Counted from the first letter of the whole stretch, positions 23,190 through 36,745 are shown. The stretch is 53,206 nucleotides of DNA, filler included, from Sluysia triapertura (GCA_046118255.1; 4 parts of 4 records of this genome joined end to end with filler, not necessarily neighbours in it), one strand, 5' to 3'. A program made the numbers and translations. Notes: generated by a model not told the origin, from the sequence alone.

Positions 23190-24460
23190 CTTTTTACGGT
23201 CTGGTCAATTGATAATTTATTTTAAAAAACAAAAATGAAAATGTCAATAAGTAATTCATATTTAAAAATACAAATATAAAGAATGATAACAATAATTAAG
23301 ATTATAATAATTATAACCAGTTTACCAACTTAAGCCTACTGATTAGTTGGAATAAAAATTGTAAGTTTATTTAAAAAAATTGACCTAGCCAGTTACGGTC
23401 TAGGTATAAATTTTAAATAGAATTTAAGTTGATATTTTAAAACCCTATTTTATTAAAATTTAGGGAATTTACAAAACTTATATGTAAAAAAATTACTTCT
23501 GCATGGAACGAATAATTTTGAATAATAGTCTTCAAATTAATTCTTTTGGAGCGACTCGTAGAATGCTTCTTCGTGAGATCTAAAAATTTTTGTTTTTTTT
23601 TCATGTAAAAAAATTTTACCTTTTAATACTATTTTTCATTGAGTCCTCCATGTTGGAATAATTATTTTAGTTGCGTTGATTAATTTAAACAAAAGTGTAG
23701 TGTATTTTATTTTTTGGAATTAATTTCTGTTATTTATTTTATTTTTTATTAATTTTAATTAAATTTTAATTTAGTTATAATATTAATAATATTTAAAATG
23801 AAATAAATAAAAATTAAACATTGTTAATAGACAAATAAAAATAAGAATAAACTGTTTATATAAATAAAAATAAAAATCAAATTTATAAATTCTGCACCAT
23901 AATTCATTAAATTGTCAATGTTAAATATTGTTAATGGTGTTGTCAGTGTTGTTATTTATATTACAAAATCTGCCTTGACACATATCTCAAAACATTGTAA
24001 TTCACAATCTCTTAATATTCAAACAACACTTTCAGTCAAATCATCAATGTACATTTAAAATCTGCATTAAACATTTATATCATTTCAAAATAATGAAATC
24101 ATTTGTTTTCAACATTTAACCTTTAACATCTAAAGATAATTAACTATTTTAAACAGATTTAAAATATGTCCAGAAATAAAAGAAACAACGGAAAGATCGT
24201 GTAAATACAAAGTAAAGGGAATTATGTTTTTATTTTCTAATCTAGGATCTTGTGTACTTTTATTATTATTATCTTTCTTACGTAATAAAATGTTAAAATC
24301 AATAATGGCCAATATTAATGAACATTAATAAAATTATTAAAAAGTTAAAATTAAATTTCATTCTATTTTACGTTCAAAAATTTTTATGAGTAACCTATCC
24401 TTCATTCATGGATGATTTCAATTTATTTCATGTTCCTTATGGAATTAATTATGGAGTTAA

Positions 24461-25652
24461 TTGCATCATTGTAATATAAAGAGTATATCTAAATTTCGTT
24501 ATGATGTCCTGGAAGTATCTTGTAATACATATGATGAGAGACCTCATTCAAAAACAAGTTGTCAACAACCAGATAGTAGTGAACTATCCCAATCAATGAT
24601 CAACGATTGTAAAACTTACCAAAAACAAGTAATGATAATTCACAAATTAAACAGTAAATTTTATGTTAAATTTCCAATTCCTGGTGCACCTATTTGTATT
24701 AAATTCTTTCATGATTGCATTTCTATTCAACTGCAAACCGAATATTTTTTTGTTTGCTTTTCAACATTAAATAATCAATTTTTATGTAATGTTCGTAAAA
24801 GTCAAGAACCTTTAGTTTTGCAAATGTCAGAATTTCTTGGCCTTAATATCGATCAACCTGTTGAATTTATAGATAAAAGCGTAAATCTATCCAATGATAT
24901 TACTTTTCAATGGTACAATCCAGTATTTTCAATTATATATGATCGACCGGCCGCAATATTTGTTCCGATTTAATGTTTATATTTAGGCCTTATTTCACCA
25001 GTAATGTTTTTACTAAGTTTTAATCTTTACTGTATTCGTAATTATAGTTATCTTTATCAAGATTTCATGTATATGTTTATAGTTAATAACCAGACAAATT
25101 ATTTACTTAGTACCCTTACATTACTAGTTGTGAGAGCAATTGCTGAAATTAATTCTCTTCATGTAACTACGACGATTAAAAGTAGAAGGTTGATAAAAGA
25201 ATCCAAAATATCTATGAAAACGACAACATACCCCCCTCGATATTGTCAATATGTGTTTAATATCACATAAGTATAAGTTAAATAAGCAATTAATTCGATG
25301 TTTTAATGTTGATATTTGTGGAAAAGAAAACTTTCAATTTGTTTGTACCTCTATAGATTTCTATACAATAAAGAGATATTATTTCCTAAAACAATCACGT
25401 AAATGCAGTAATTTGAAACAGTTTAATCATATGCAACAACTATATAACGTTATAATTTGTATGTTACGTCAAAAACAATTAATCGAGTATCACCTACCAA
25501 TAGTTCTTTTAACTGGTCCTAACTGTGGACAACATATGCTCGGAACCGTGGACACAAGTCCTGTGATTCTTATTGTGATTCCGGTTCAAAGTAGCAAAGA
25601 TGGTGACTTTCGGAAGTATCAAAATTATTCGCTCGAAATATGCTCAGATTAA
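24461..25652 (+). pseudogene. Decayed intronless gene, unknown product
   Basis: ORFs 24461-24973 and 25004-25270 are in the same frame across one TAA, then a frameshift leads into 25251-25652. Confidence 0.45.
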
Positions 25653-28600
25653 ACAAAACCGAAATAGAAAGTTAAATAATAAAATTTTTAATATTGTAAA
25701 TAAATTTTATGTTCTTTGTATTAATATTGTTAGTAAATATTTTCTCAAGTTAAACTTATTTAAATGTAAAGTATAGTTTTTAATATCTAAAAATATTTCA
25801 TCACCTAAATTAAGAAATGCTAAGCTTTTAATTAAAAGATGAAATTTTTCAGTATTTTTAACAATAATTATTAACAAAAACAAATATTCATTATTACCAA
25901 AACAAGTATGTAGTACAACCTGTCAAACTTTATTTGGTCCAGAAGACAAAAATTTAATTAATGATCAACTATCATTTATATTTATTTTACTATCTTTTAC
26001 TTAAATTACATCTCACATTAAAATAACAACCACCAACACTGTTAGTATACATGAAAATAATAAATTTAATTTTAGTTTTTAAAATTCAATCGATTTTCAG
26101 ATTTTTATACCGAATTCTATGATGAAAAAACATTTCAAACTCACTTCTAGATTCTTCTTTTTTGTAGCAATCTTCTCATCAAGCATTATTAAGGTTTTCC
26201 TTGCATGAATATTATTCATTTGTCATAATTGTTAAATTGCATTAATCATGTCATAAACAACATGATTGAGTTTAAATTTTATTTTGATTTATTGAATTTT
26301 GTATTTAAAGTTAATACAGTGTTAAATTAGAATACATTAGAAGGCGCTATAATAATCTAGAATGCTGAGATTTTATAATACAAGCTATCTTACAGCAAAA
26401 TAAAAGTTGAGTCCGCTTACAATATACGACGCATCTGTAAGTAACGTGAAAGTATGCTTAAAGAATAAGGATACAAAAATACCTCTTGCTTCAACGTATT
26501 TTATAAAATTCGTAAGGAAATGCGATCAAGATTCTTTTAAGCTCACCAAGATAATATTGAGTTATCATAGCTAGTAATTTTTAAAGACGCAAAAATTTTA
26601 CCTGTTTTATCTATAAATGTATAAAGAGATGAATGTAATTCTTGATGAATGTAAAACGACTTGTCTGGTATAACTAAATTAAAAAACGTGAATCACATTG
26701 TTACCAATGATAATATTATTAAATTATTGAAATGCGATATCTTCTCAAAATGCTACTGATTACTGACTGGTACTATCTGAAGCTATTACATTGTTTGTAA
26801 AATCGTGCGATGTTATTGATGTCAAATGATTATTTCTGAAATTTTCTAGTAACTTGTTTCTAACGATTCTATATCTTGTTTTAATTTATGAATCCGTGTT
26901 TCATCAATCATGAGTTAGAAATCACTTTGAATGTCAATGCAAAAGGCCGTCGATACAGATCACTGTATTAAAATTGAACACATGTGGAATCTTTGACTTC
27001 TCAGCTAATTTATTAATGTGAACACAATTTTTAATCCATCTCATTCATTCGGTTCTATTTTCATAAATTAAAAAACCTCAGTTAAGTAGAAGTTAAAGAC
27101 TACAGAAAAAAGATTATAGCATCACCATATCATATAAACAATATACTATAGAAGAATCTTTAGTTAAAAGACAAAATGTAAATATTGACTTCGATGGACC
27201 CTGAATACATAAATCGTCGGTTATGCAAAGACCAATTAACCCATTATCAGCATTTTAAAGTAATGTTAACTTAAATTACTAAATTTCAATAACTTCAACC
27301 ACAGAATGTCAAATCATTAATGATTCCTTCTATTTCATTACGCATCACATGTGTTTTAAATGCTTTCCAGTATTTATATATTAGCACTATATAAACTAAT
27401 ATGTTAGTATTCTTATTCATATCATCATCATTAGTAGTATTAGTTGTAGTACTAATCGTGGTGGTGGTAAATTAATGACAATTAAAGGATAAGTAGTATT
27501 ATCTTCTAATAATAAAAATAGTAATAAATAAATAGTAGCACTGTTTGGAAGTGAAGTAGTGTTACTGATAAAAGATTTTATAATAGAAAATCGTCATACT
27601 ACACACTTCCAGTTTAGAACACAATAAAATAGTCTACTAATAACGTACTACGATTACAAAAAACAATTTGCACAAAATCAATATTGCCAGTACAAAATAT
27701 GGATATTATATTAAAAATACAATTAGATGTTTATATATATGTATAATAGTTCACTAAATATAAATCATAAAAATTAATAAAAATGTATATCATTATATTA
27801 TCGATAAAATTATCATACAGTAGTAGTATTCGAGATTACTGGAAACTGTTCCGTTACCATTTTTCCAAGTATTTTATAGGTTGAAATTAACAAAAATCAT
27901 TAAAATTAATAACGTATTAAAACATTTTAAAAAATATAATTAGTTGTTTATTTTGGGTATTTAAAAATGTTAAGATTTCACGAATGACATTGTACATACG
28001 TATCAAATAAAAAGTAATATAAATTTTCTTAAAAAGAGTTTGACATCAAATGTCTATTATTTATCATAGCATTTAAAATTGTTTTTACTTTACTACTCCA
28101 AAAACTTGCAATTGCATTGTGACTAATTAAGAAATAAATCAAAGTATTTAAAAATAAGATTATACCAAATATGTTGTGTTATTTTTCAGTACAAATCGAT
28201 TAAATATGAAAACAGTAAATTGAGAAATATTATTAAATAACTCCTTATTTCATTAACGACACATTTTACTGAAAATTTGTTAGTGTATAAAATAAAAATA
28301 TTCGAAGTGACTTTAGTAGTCAAGCATGCATCTTAAGCATAACTAACCACAATACATTAATATCTTTTATTCGTACAAAATGCAGATTAGTCAAATCTAA
28401 TTAGAATAACCTAATTCTAGTCTGCCATAATTGTTTGATTTATGATAAAACAACGTTTGCTACTGTGAAGTTAAAAGCAGAAAACGTTGTTTAGTACTTA
28501 AAAGTGCTTTTATTGACCATGTTGATTTTTCCCGTTGAAATTGTACACACGTATCAAATAAAAAGTACTATAAATAATTAAAACGAGATCTACAAATTAT

Positions 28601-29096
28601 TCCGTAATTTCGTTATCCACAAACTTTTCTAATAAGAACAAGTTTTAATAATGAAATAAAATTTACGCGCTTATAAGACCATATTTATATGTAAAATAAA
28701 AAAATTAAATTCTCAAATATTTAACCTTTTATATCTTAGTTCAAGAAAATCTAATCGAGTTTAGATAATCTATTGCAATTACGTTATATTTATTTTGAGA
28801 TTTACTCTAACGGAGCTTTATCAAATCAAATGAAATACGTGTATTAAAAACTGCATTTTAAGAATTAAAACCACTTTGTTGATTAACTACTTTTCGATGT
28901 GAAAAGAATAGCGCGTTAATGTTTATAAAACCTGGAAGAAAATAAAATAAATTATTCCTACTTGAAATTTAAACTTGTTAATCCAATTAAGAAAAATTTG
29001 TCAACATTTTCAACTAAATTATGTGATAAAAATCAAAATTACAAAAAATAGAATATTACGCAGAAGTATATATAAATGAAAAAATGAAATTGAAAT

Positions 29097-29342
29097 TTAA
29101 TATAATTGGGGATTATGTTGGTGCTGGGAAACTGTTGTGAAATGTGCCTGTGGCTGCTGAGCAACAGTGACAGTAGCACCTGCATTAGGTACAGCAGACA
29201 AGGACACTGTGACAGTAGATGGAACTACTTGATGCGTTGCTATTACGTGATGTGGGGCACTTGCACCTATGGTAGCAACCGTCGCTGATGGTGCTGATTG
29301 GGTTTGTATTAAATGAGTTATCGGAATTTGATTAACATCCAT
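29097..29342 (-). CDS. Terminal exon of a host gene (Q/T/V/A/H-rich low-complexity tail, transcription-factor-like)
   Basis: Strong acceptor ttttattttcag, a GC-rich island, and an open frame MDVNQIPITHLIQTQ...QHQHNPQLY*. Upstream exons not found. Confidence 0.6.
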   Translation of the reverse strand: MDVNQIPITHLIQTQSAPSATVATIGASAPHHVIATHQVVPSTVTVSLSAVPNAGATVTVAQQPQAHFTTVSQHQHNPQLY

Positions 29343-30976
29343 CTGAAAATAAAACCCACAATCAAACAAGCAAAATATTTATTTAAACTATTGCCGTATC
29401 CTGATTCTTATCCTAATCAAAATAAATTCTTAATATTACTGGGAAGATCTTTAGATTAAGCAAAAAAATACAATCCACAATAAATAATGTTAGTATTTAT
29501 GAATGCTTCAAGTTATACGAAAATTCAACATTATCAAACTCATGTTTAAAATCTATTCCAATGAAAACATTTTCAACTTCTTTTAACCTTCCTTTATAAC
29601 TCTTTCTCTTACTCAGTCTCACTTCTTAACTTTCTAACTGCCATTTTTAACTTACAATTTTCTAACAATCCTTTTCCTCACTCTTACAACACTCTTCTGG
29701 CTTTTTTAATTGATCTTAGTTTTTTCTTTATAAAAATGAACAAGTCGAATTCTCACAAATACAATTTTTGCTAATCCTACACAACAAGCCGATAAAGTGC
29801 ATCGATGCATTATAACCTATCAAATATGATCACGCTAAGTCATGTGAGTTTAATATTTACTGCACTAAGTGTTTTCCTTAAGCACTTTAAGTGACATGAT
29901 AAATTCTTAGTGCTTAACAATGAGTATTTTACTCTCCTAACTTCATTAATAGTAAACCTCGAGTGATTTAATAAAGTCCGTCAACATCGTCACAATTTCT
30001 TAATTTCCGCATACAATTTTAACCTCGCCTTCAAATTAAATGCGGACATTGAATTACTTAGTAAATTTTCTTATTAATTTATAATTAAAAAATTGTAGTT
30101 TATATTTCGCTATTTTTGACTGAAATATGCTTAAAAGTATACTATTTGATAAAATATGTGCATATTCTAATTTGCTTGTTTTGCTTCATTTACAAAAATG
30201 TAGTGATGCAAAAATCTCGATAATGGTTCAGTGACAAATAACCAAACTAAATAAATTCATGTTTTGATTTAAAATACCTTGTTGAATCAATATTAGAATA
30301 CCAAATTAAACTCTTAACTATAACAATTGGATGTGAACATGGATTAATATCAAGTAATTCGATTTTTAATTTACAAATTACTAATTGCCCTTTTACTATC
30401 ATTAATAAATTTATATAAAACAAATCACAATTCGTTTCAAATAACTTTGTCACTGGCGTTTATTCAAAATTGTAACTTTCTGAATTAGTTTGTGATTGCT
30501 GACTTTGTTCCATTTTCAAAGTAAGTGACCTTGAAGGTCAAAATGTTAAAAAATTAATTTTTATTATAAAGGTGTTATTTTAGGTCAGTACAAATATTAA
30601 AGTTTTTAAAAAATTAAACAAAAGTAATATAACTAAGCGTAAAAATAAATCCAAGACTAAATTAATGTGAATGAATAATTCTAAAATAATGACAATCAAT
30701 TAGAACTTGCTCTTATACTTTTACTCTTACAATTGCAATTTCTAAATATTAAATTAATTCTAATTTGGCTTTAACCCTACTACCTTTACGATATAGAAAT
30801 TGATTTTATCGAAGTTTCATCTCAAGTAATCAAATAAATACAAATTCTTCCTCGAATTGAAGTTCAATTACTGCGGTTCTTAAATTTTAAAAAATTAAGG
30901 TCAGGTGAATGTTGCTTAATATTAAACGACCATCACAATAGCATAAATAAGTTCTATATTCATTTATAATTCTTAA

Positions 30977-31181
30977 CCCTTTCAGCCCCGGGACTGCCAT
31001 ATGGCGTCAATGCAAGATCCTACTAAAGTAATACGAAGAGCATAATTTTAGCTTCCTCCAGATACAAAGATTACCTTGAACGTAATTACGTAACATCAGA
31101 GCGCCGCCATATTTGTGCAAAAATTTTAATTTTCATGTATTTCCATATATCTTAAGGAAAAAAAATTCGGGGCTGAAAGGG
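30977..31181. mobile_element. piggyBac-family MITE (205 bp)
   Basis: Perfect 14-bp TIRs CCCTTTCAGCCCCG/CGGGGCTGAAAGGG flanked by TTAA on both sides (30973-30976, 31182-31185). Confidence 0.92.
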
Positions 31182-31530
31182 TTAAAAAACAATAAAGCAC
31201 TATGATTGATAGTTATGTTTGAGTATTTTGAGAAATATATGAATTGTAGTGGCTGGAAAGAAATTTAACGTTTATGTTAGTTAATTAATAAAGCTTTAAT
31301 AATTTTGGTGAACATTGATTATTTTTACCCACTTGATTTTAACTTACAGGAAAGTTTATATTAATATTTTAATATCGCAACCCCTTACAATCATACAAAA
31401 TGCTTTAAAATTATTTGTAATTGTCTAAAAACGGCTAAAAATATTAATTTTCCAAAGCAGAAATTTATTTTCTAAAAAAGAAAATTTGCTTCTATAAATA
31501 GAATATAAGCTTCTAGATTGTTGTAGAACA

Positions 31531-32240
31531 TTCCATCGATTTTAAATGGCTGATGACTACTATATAAACTAGAATCAGATTAGTGCAAATCGCCATTTTA
31601 AAAATTTCAGTCATTCTAAATTTTTGCAGCCATTTAAATTTTCAGCGCTATTTTGTAATTGGTATACGAATTTTCTTTGTACAGATCGTATCGAACTACA
31701 GACAAATTTCTCATAGAAGGATTCTATGTTCCATGAAAGGATAACTTATTTTATTGTTAAGATGATTTTGATTTTATAAGTCAAGATTCTAAATTACACA
31801 ATTTTTAGCTTTAATATAGTAAGGACGCCGATATATTGAGGGGAAATTTTCAACTTAAAATTTAAAAGCAATTAGATCGAATATCCGAAAAGGATTTAGA
31901 TCATAACATATTAATTACATTTTATTTTGTTGTCTTTTATTTTTATTATAATCTATCCTACGTTTATATTTAATTTAATATAATTCAAAAGTTAATTGAG
32001 TTTTTCTTTATTGTGATAATTAAACAATTAAGACCCTCGTAATAACATTGTTAGGAACGTGTTAAAAATAATGTTTTAAGTAATTATAGAAAGATTCTCA
32101 ATTTATTAGTTACAAAGGTGCCAACTACTAGTTGTAAGACGTTTACTGTAACCGGACCCTGCATAATTTTTTATTTTGCCGTAGGTTTATCATTGATAAG
32201 AAACAACAATAATTGTAAGTACTTGTAAGTACTTGTTAAT
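31531..32240 (+). repeat. Dispersed ~700-bp repeat, copy 1
   Basis: Colinear blocks shared with 46031-46790: tccatcgatt...tggctgat-acta-tatataaa; attgagggg; gttgtaag-cgttt--tgtaaccgga-cctgc; tttg-cgtaggtt. Confidence 0.7.
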
Positions 32241-32328
32241 TCATGTTATTAGTCCCTTGTCTAAAAATGTTGGGGCAAGAAGGCCTAAAGTGCCATGTAA
32301 TATAATGGACTATAGAAATCGTCAGACG

Positions 32329-32400
32329 GAGCTGATAGCTCAGTGGTAGAGCAATCAAACTGCGTAGAGATGGTCCCGGATTCGATCCTCGGTCAGTCCA
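32329..32400 (+). ncRNA. tRNA-Ala-like Pol III cassette in LTR1
   Basis: A box TAGCTCAGTGGTAGAGC, B box GGATTCGATCC, acceptor-like stem GAGCTGA/TCAGTCC, ending CCA followed by TTTT. Confidence 0.7.
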
Positions 32401-32578
32401 TTTTGTGAAGTCTAACATTTGGTGAGCCCACATATCGAATACCCTTCTGATGTTGAATTAAATGATTTGTAAGATGTTTGAGGACAAACATAATTGAATT
32501 GGGTGAGATATGTTTGGGTAAGAAGGCCTAAAGTGCCGTGTAACATAATGGACTATAGAAATATAAAGTCGTTAGACG

Positions 32579-32653
32579 GGGCTGATAGCTCAGTGGTAGA
32601 GCAATCGAACTGCGCAGCGATGGTCCCGGGTTCGATCCCCTTTATGAAGTCCA
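32579..32653 (+). ncRNA. tRNA-Ala-like Pol III cassette in LTR2 (3' acceptor strand disrupted by a local duplication)
   Basis: GGGCTGATAGCTCAGTGGTAGAGC...GGTCCCGGGTTCGATCCCC, with a consensus B box. Confidence 0.65.
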
Positions 32654-34908
32654 TTTTATGAAGTCTAACAAAAATAACAAACTAAAAATTAAGTTCTATT
32701 ACAATTAAATTTACACATTTAAAATCTTTTAAGCTTTACTGATGTTAAAATTATTATTTTTTGTAATATACATAAGTTGCAATTCAGAATAATATTTTCT
32801 AATATTTAATGAATGTTTTCGATCTCCTGACAGTAGTACTGAGCGACAAATTTCTGATGTTTACGTATTATTATTTGTGGTTAATAATTAATCAATTTTC
32901 ATTACATAAGCTTCTCTCTAATCAATATTTTATTCACTTACTTTTGTAATAATCCATATGCATTGGATCTTATATGACAGCTGCTTTGGTGATAGGTTCA
33001 GGTGGTTTTAATAGTAAAGTTAAAGAGATTTGACAATACTGAAATAACGTTGATGTGAGAATGTCATGTAAATGTTGATGTACAGGTGGTTTGAATTATC
33101 TAGAATCGAATTAGAGAACAAAGATCAGTTTGTAATAGTGCACCATTTATATTACGTTGAATAAGTCTAAGACTTACGGATAAAGCTTGGAACTTATTAC
33201 CTTTTTTGATACATTCACACTTTACACCACCGAATTCATTTAACGAATTGTCCTACAGATCATCAAAAACTCAGACAAATTATATTTACACATTATTAAA
33301 ATATTACTACAACATAATTCAGTAAATTCACTTCGTATCACACGTTTAGAAATAATTAAATAATTCCTATATACCGTGCGCCTTGCACTTTAACATTCAT
33401 ACGATTCATAACATTATCCCATTAAACATTCCTAGACCAGACAAATACTAAAATCATGTGCGAATTCGTGAAAAGATCGTGTAAAACTCAACAAGTGTAA
33501 TTAAAGCCCCCAATCAAAGTCATGTATTCCTTAATCATCTCATAGTCTTCGTATATTCTATGCTTCAAAAATAATCTATTATATTTTGTCTAAGATCGTG
33601 TGGAATTTGAAAAATCCCTATAAAACCATAAAAATTTAAACAATAAATATAGTTTAATAATTTTATGTAAGAAATTATTTCTGCAATATTTAAAAATATG
33701 TCGGTTGGGGTGATTTATTAATATGTTCGAGTCGCAATATCGTAAAATCAGATGTGATATTACAAATTCAAAAATGTTATAGATAAAACATTATCATTAT
33801 CATTATCTAACATCAACGAAACAAATTATGATATAACCTCAAATGAAACACCGATCGAATTTATATAGCAAAACCTTATTTAACCTTATAGTTAACCTTA
33901 TTTAACTGGTAATTGCCGTAACATAAATTATTAGCTGTTCATCATTAGCTGTTTCGTCGCATTAACAAGCAGCAGTAGTCGAGCTTCTATTTCTGGAAAT
34001 GTTTCTACTTCTAACAATAACAATAGTAGTAACAATGTATCTAATACTCAGTCAACTCAAAATGATAAGAAATACAAAGTCTGTGTGTTGACCAAACAGT
34101 TAATGAAAACTGTGATGTTTTCTCTTGTGAATTCCGGAAAACTTCCCTTTAGAAGAAATGCTATTCGAAGTTTATCTCTACTCAAATGTTCCGATTAGAA
34201 AGAAACAAAGACTAAAATAAGTGTCGTGATGTTGAGATATTAACAGAAATAATTAAATATTTGTCATTTTGTAATTAATTTTTAATATAAAATATCTAAA
34301 TTTAAACATATTTGGCAGGTATGCATCAAAATTTCGTACATTATTTTGTATTTTGTAAGTACTATCGATCGTAACACGATGATGATGCAGAAGAGTGTAG
34401 CTTGTGTGATGTAGTTGATGATTCTTTCTTATTTTTATTGTTATTTTGATTCATCTGCCGATTAATTAATTTATTTTTCTTATACATTCGTTTAAAATGG
34501 TATTAGTTTTTGTTTGCTAGTATTTGTTTTTCATTTTCATTCGTAACTTTCTCTACTCACTAATTAAGTATGATGAGTTCTTATATGTTGCTTGTGTTTT
34601 CTTTTATTTACTTCTTAACCTTTAGTGTACGAATTTATAAAAACATCAAAGCGTGCTGGATACGGATTTATAAACAATCCCACTGCCACGGATGATTTTT
34701 TATTACTATAGTGATTCATAACAAATGTTGTAAATGTCTAATTTTTGAGATAGTTCTTTCATAATTTCAGAACTTTCATAATTTCGAAATTACCAAAAAA
34801 TATTTTCGTTTTATATACTTTAAATACAAATACAAACAAAATAATTCATAGTAAATATTGGAGATTATTTTTCTGTTCATTGTAAATTAATTTTAACAAT
34901 TTTTACAG

Positions 34909-36745
34909 ATGAATGAAAGAAAACGTGAAAGACATTTACGCCAAGAAGAAATACTACGAATTCGTAAAAGTCGTATGGATGGAAAAATTACTGAAGACGA
35001 AGAAGATTTTTTGTTGCATGAAAATCAAAATAATTGTCGTCATCAAAACCAAAAACAGCAACATGAAAAACCGAAAGAAGATAAAACAATGACTCATTTA
35101 TTTATTGAAAAATTTGACCCAAATCCATCGTATAGTTCAAGAGGAGTTAGTAATTTTATTCTATTTAAAATTAATAAATCTTAATTAAATGAGTTAAGTC
35201 GTCATTTTAGAGATTTATCAGACACGAATAGAAAAACATTAATTTTATTAAACAAATACAATTTGTTCTAAATTCAAAAGAAAATTAATAAATTAATAAA
35301 TTTATTATCTAATTAATTTAAGTGATTTAAAAAATAACTTTTAATAGCAGCATTTTTCATTTAGAAAATTTAATGATTTTTTAATTGATACATCTGGTTA
35401 CATTAAAGTTTCAAAACTTTTGATTTCTCAAAACGAGTAATATGAGAATGGTTATACATTGGTTGTATAAGAAATTGTGTCAAATTTCAGCTTAAGTGGA
35501 TTAAGGGTGTATTACTAATTTTCAGTTGAAGATTTTATATTTATTTATTTATTTAAAAGCATAATCTAGTGTTTAGACGTATTTTTATATCATGAATTTC
35601 AAAATTAAACGACAATGTTCACTAAACAAAATAACGAAATAACGAAATAAAACAAAAATAAAGAAATGTATGTTATTATAAAACTGCAAGTAATTTCCGT
35701 TAGACGATGTTGTCTGTTTTTCAGCTTGGTGATTATTGGTCTAAAGACTGTATGGGCAGAATCGGAGACCTATTTTACACTGCGTTCTATGCTCTGTAAA
35801 TGTTTAAGCAAGTTAGCTTTGAATGAATTTCCTCATCAGTAAAGTGCTTTGTCGCAGGTGGCCCACCGGTATGAAATGAGTTACCACTTTAGAGCATTCC
35901 AGTTGATGGATGGAATCTTCTTATGTGACTACTGATTTCAGATTAGATTAACTGCAATGTTCCCAACATCATCATCATTGCTCTTCACCATAAAGTACAG
36001 AAAGTGTTCTGCTAGAAGACAATAGACATTGCCCTGGATTCTGTGCTTGATAATGTTTTTGATGTCGTTATTTGGAAGAAGATACAGCCACAGAGAAATT
36101 ATTTTCATTTTTAGATACTTCTTCAGATATATGTTCAAATGGAGCATTATGTTCATGAATCTTTTTACTTTTACTTTTTTAATTTTTAAGTTTCTGATCA
36201 ATTTCGAATATATGTTTAGATTTGCCAGATGACGGCGATTTACAATCTAAATCTTCTATTCCTAATTCAAAACCAAAACTACCGCATCGTAATTTTTACG
36301 AGAATGTAAAATATTTTATTAATTTTTTTGGTAAATATAATTTCTGCTTTATTTTTCTCTTCTGCTTTATTTTTCTCTTCTGCTTTATTTTTCTCTTCTG
36401 CTTTATTTTTCTCTTCTGCTTTATTTTTCTAACACAAAAAAAAATACTAAAAAGAGGAAGAACTAAGAACTCAACGATTACATAAATAATGAGACTAGCA
36501 CGTTGTACTTTTGCGATATCTGAGGATATTTTTCTTGGACTGTGAAGCATGTAATGTTACTAAGTATAAGATGTTTTCGCGCAAGATCGTGTAATAAAAT
36601 CAATTGTATGGATCCGAATCGCGACAACGCCCTAAAATATTTTATAATAATTAGTTATGGGTGTTAAGTCCTTATTATGTTTCATTATTATTATCTTTAT
36701 TATTTTATATTAATAATTATTTTATTTATTATCGTTATTATCACC

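Larger units (their letters stand above)
32268..32670 (+). mobile_element. TRIM (terminal-repeat retrotransposon in miniature) with tRNA-derived cassettes in both LTRs
   Basis: LTR1 32268-32417 and LTR2 32511-32670, both TGT...ACA. PBS-like TGGTGAGCCC 2 nt after LTR1. 93-bp non-coding internal region ending gaggacaaac...gggtgagata (PPT-like). AAAA on both flanks (possible TSD). Confidence 0.8.

Noticed and set aside
27989-28575. 36-bp direct repeat 551 bp apart as an LTR pair
   Set aside because: It is too short, has no PBS, PPT or TSD, and is likely an old local duplication.
32329-32653. Two genuine tRNA genes
   Set aside because: The anticodon arm is irregular, the second copy lacks its 3' acceptor strand, and both sit at equivalent positions inside LTR-like repeats.
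33940-34215. Degenerate RING-finger gene
   Set aside because: The Cys pattern appears only by mixing frames, which is insufficient support.
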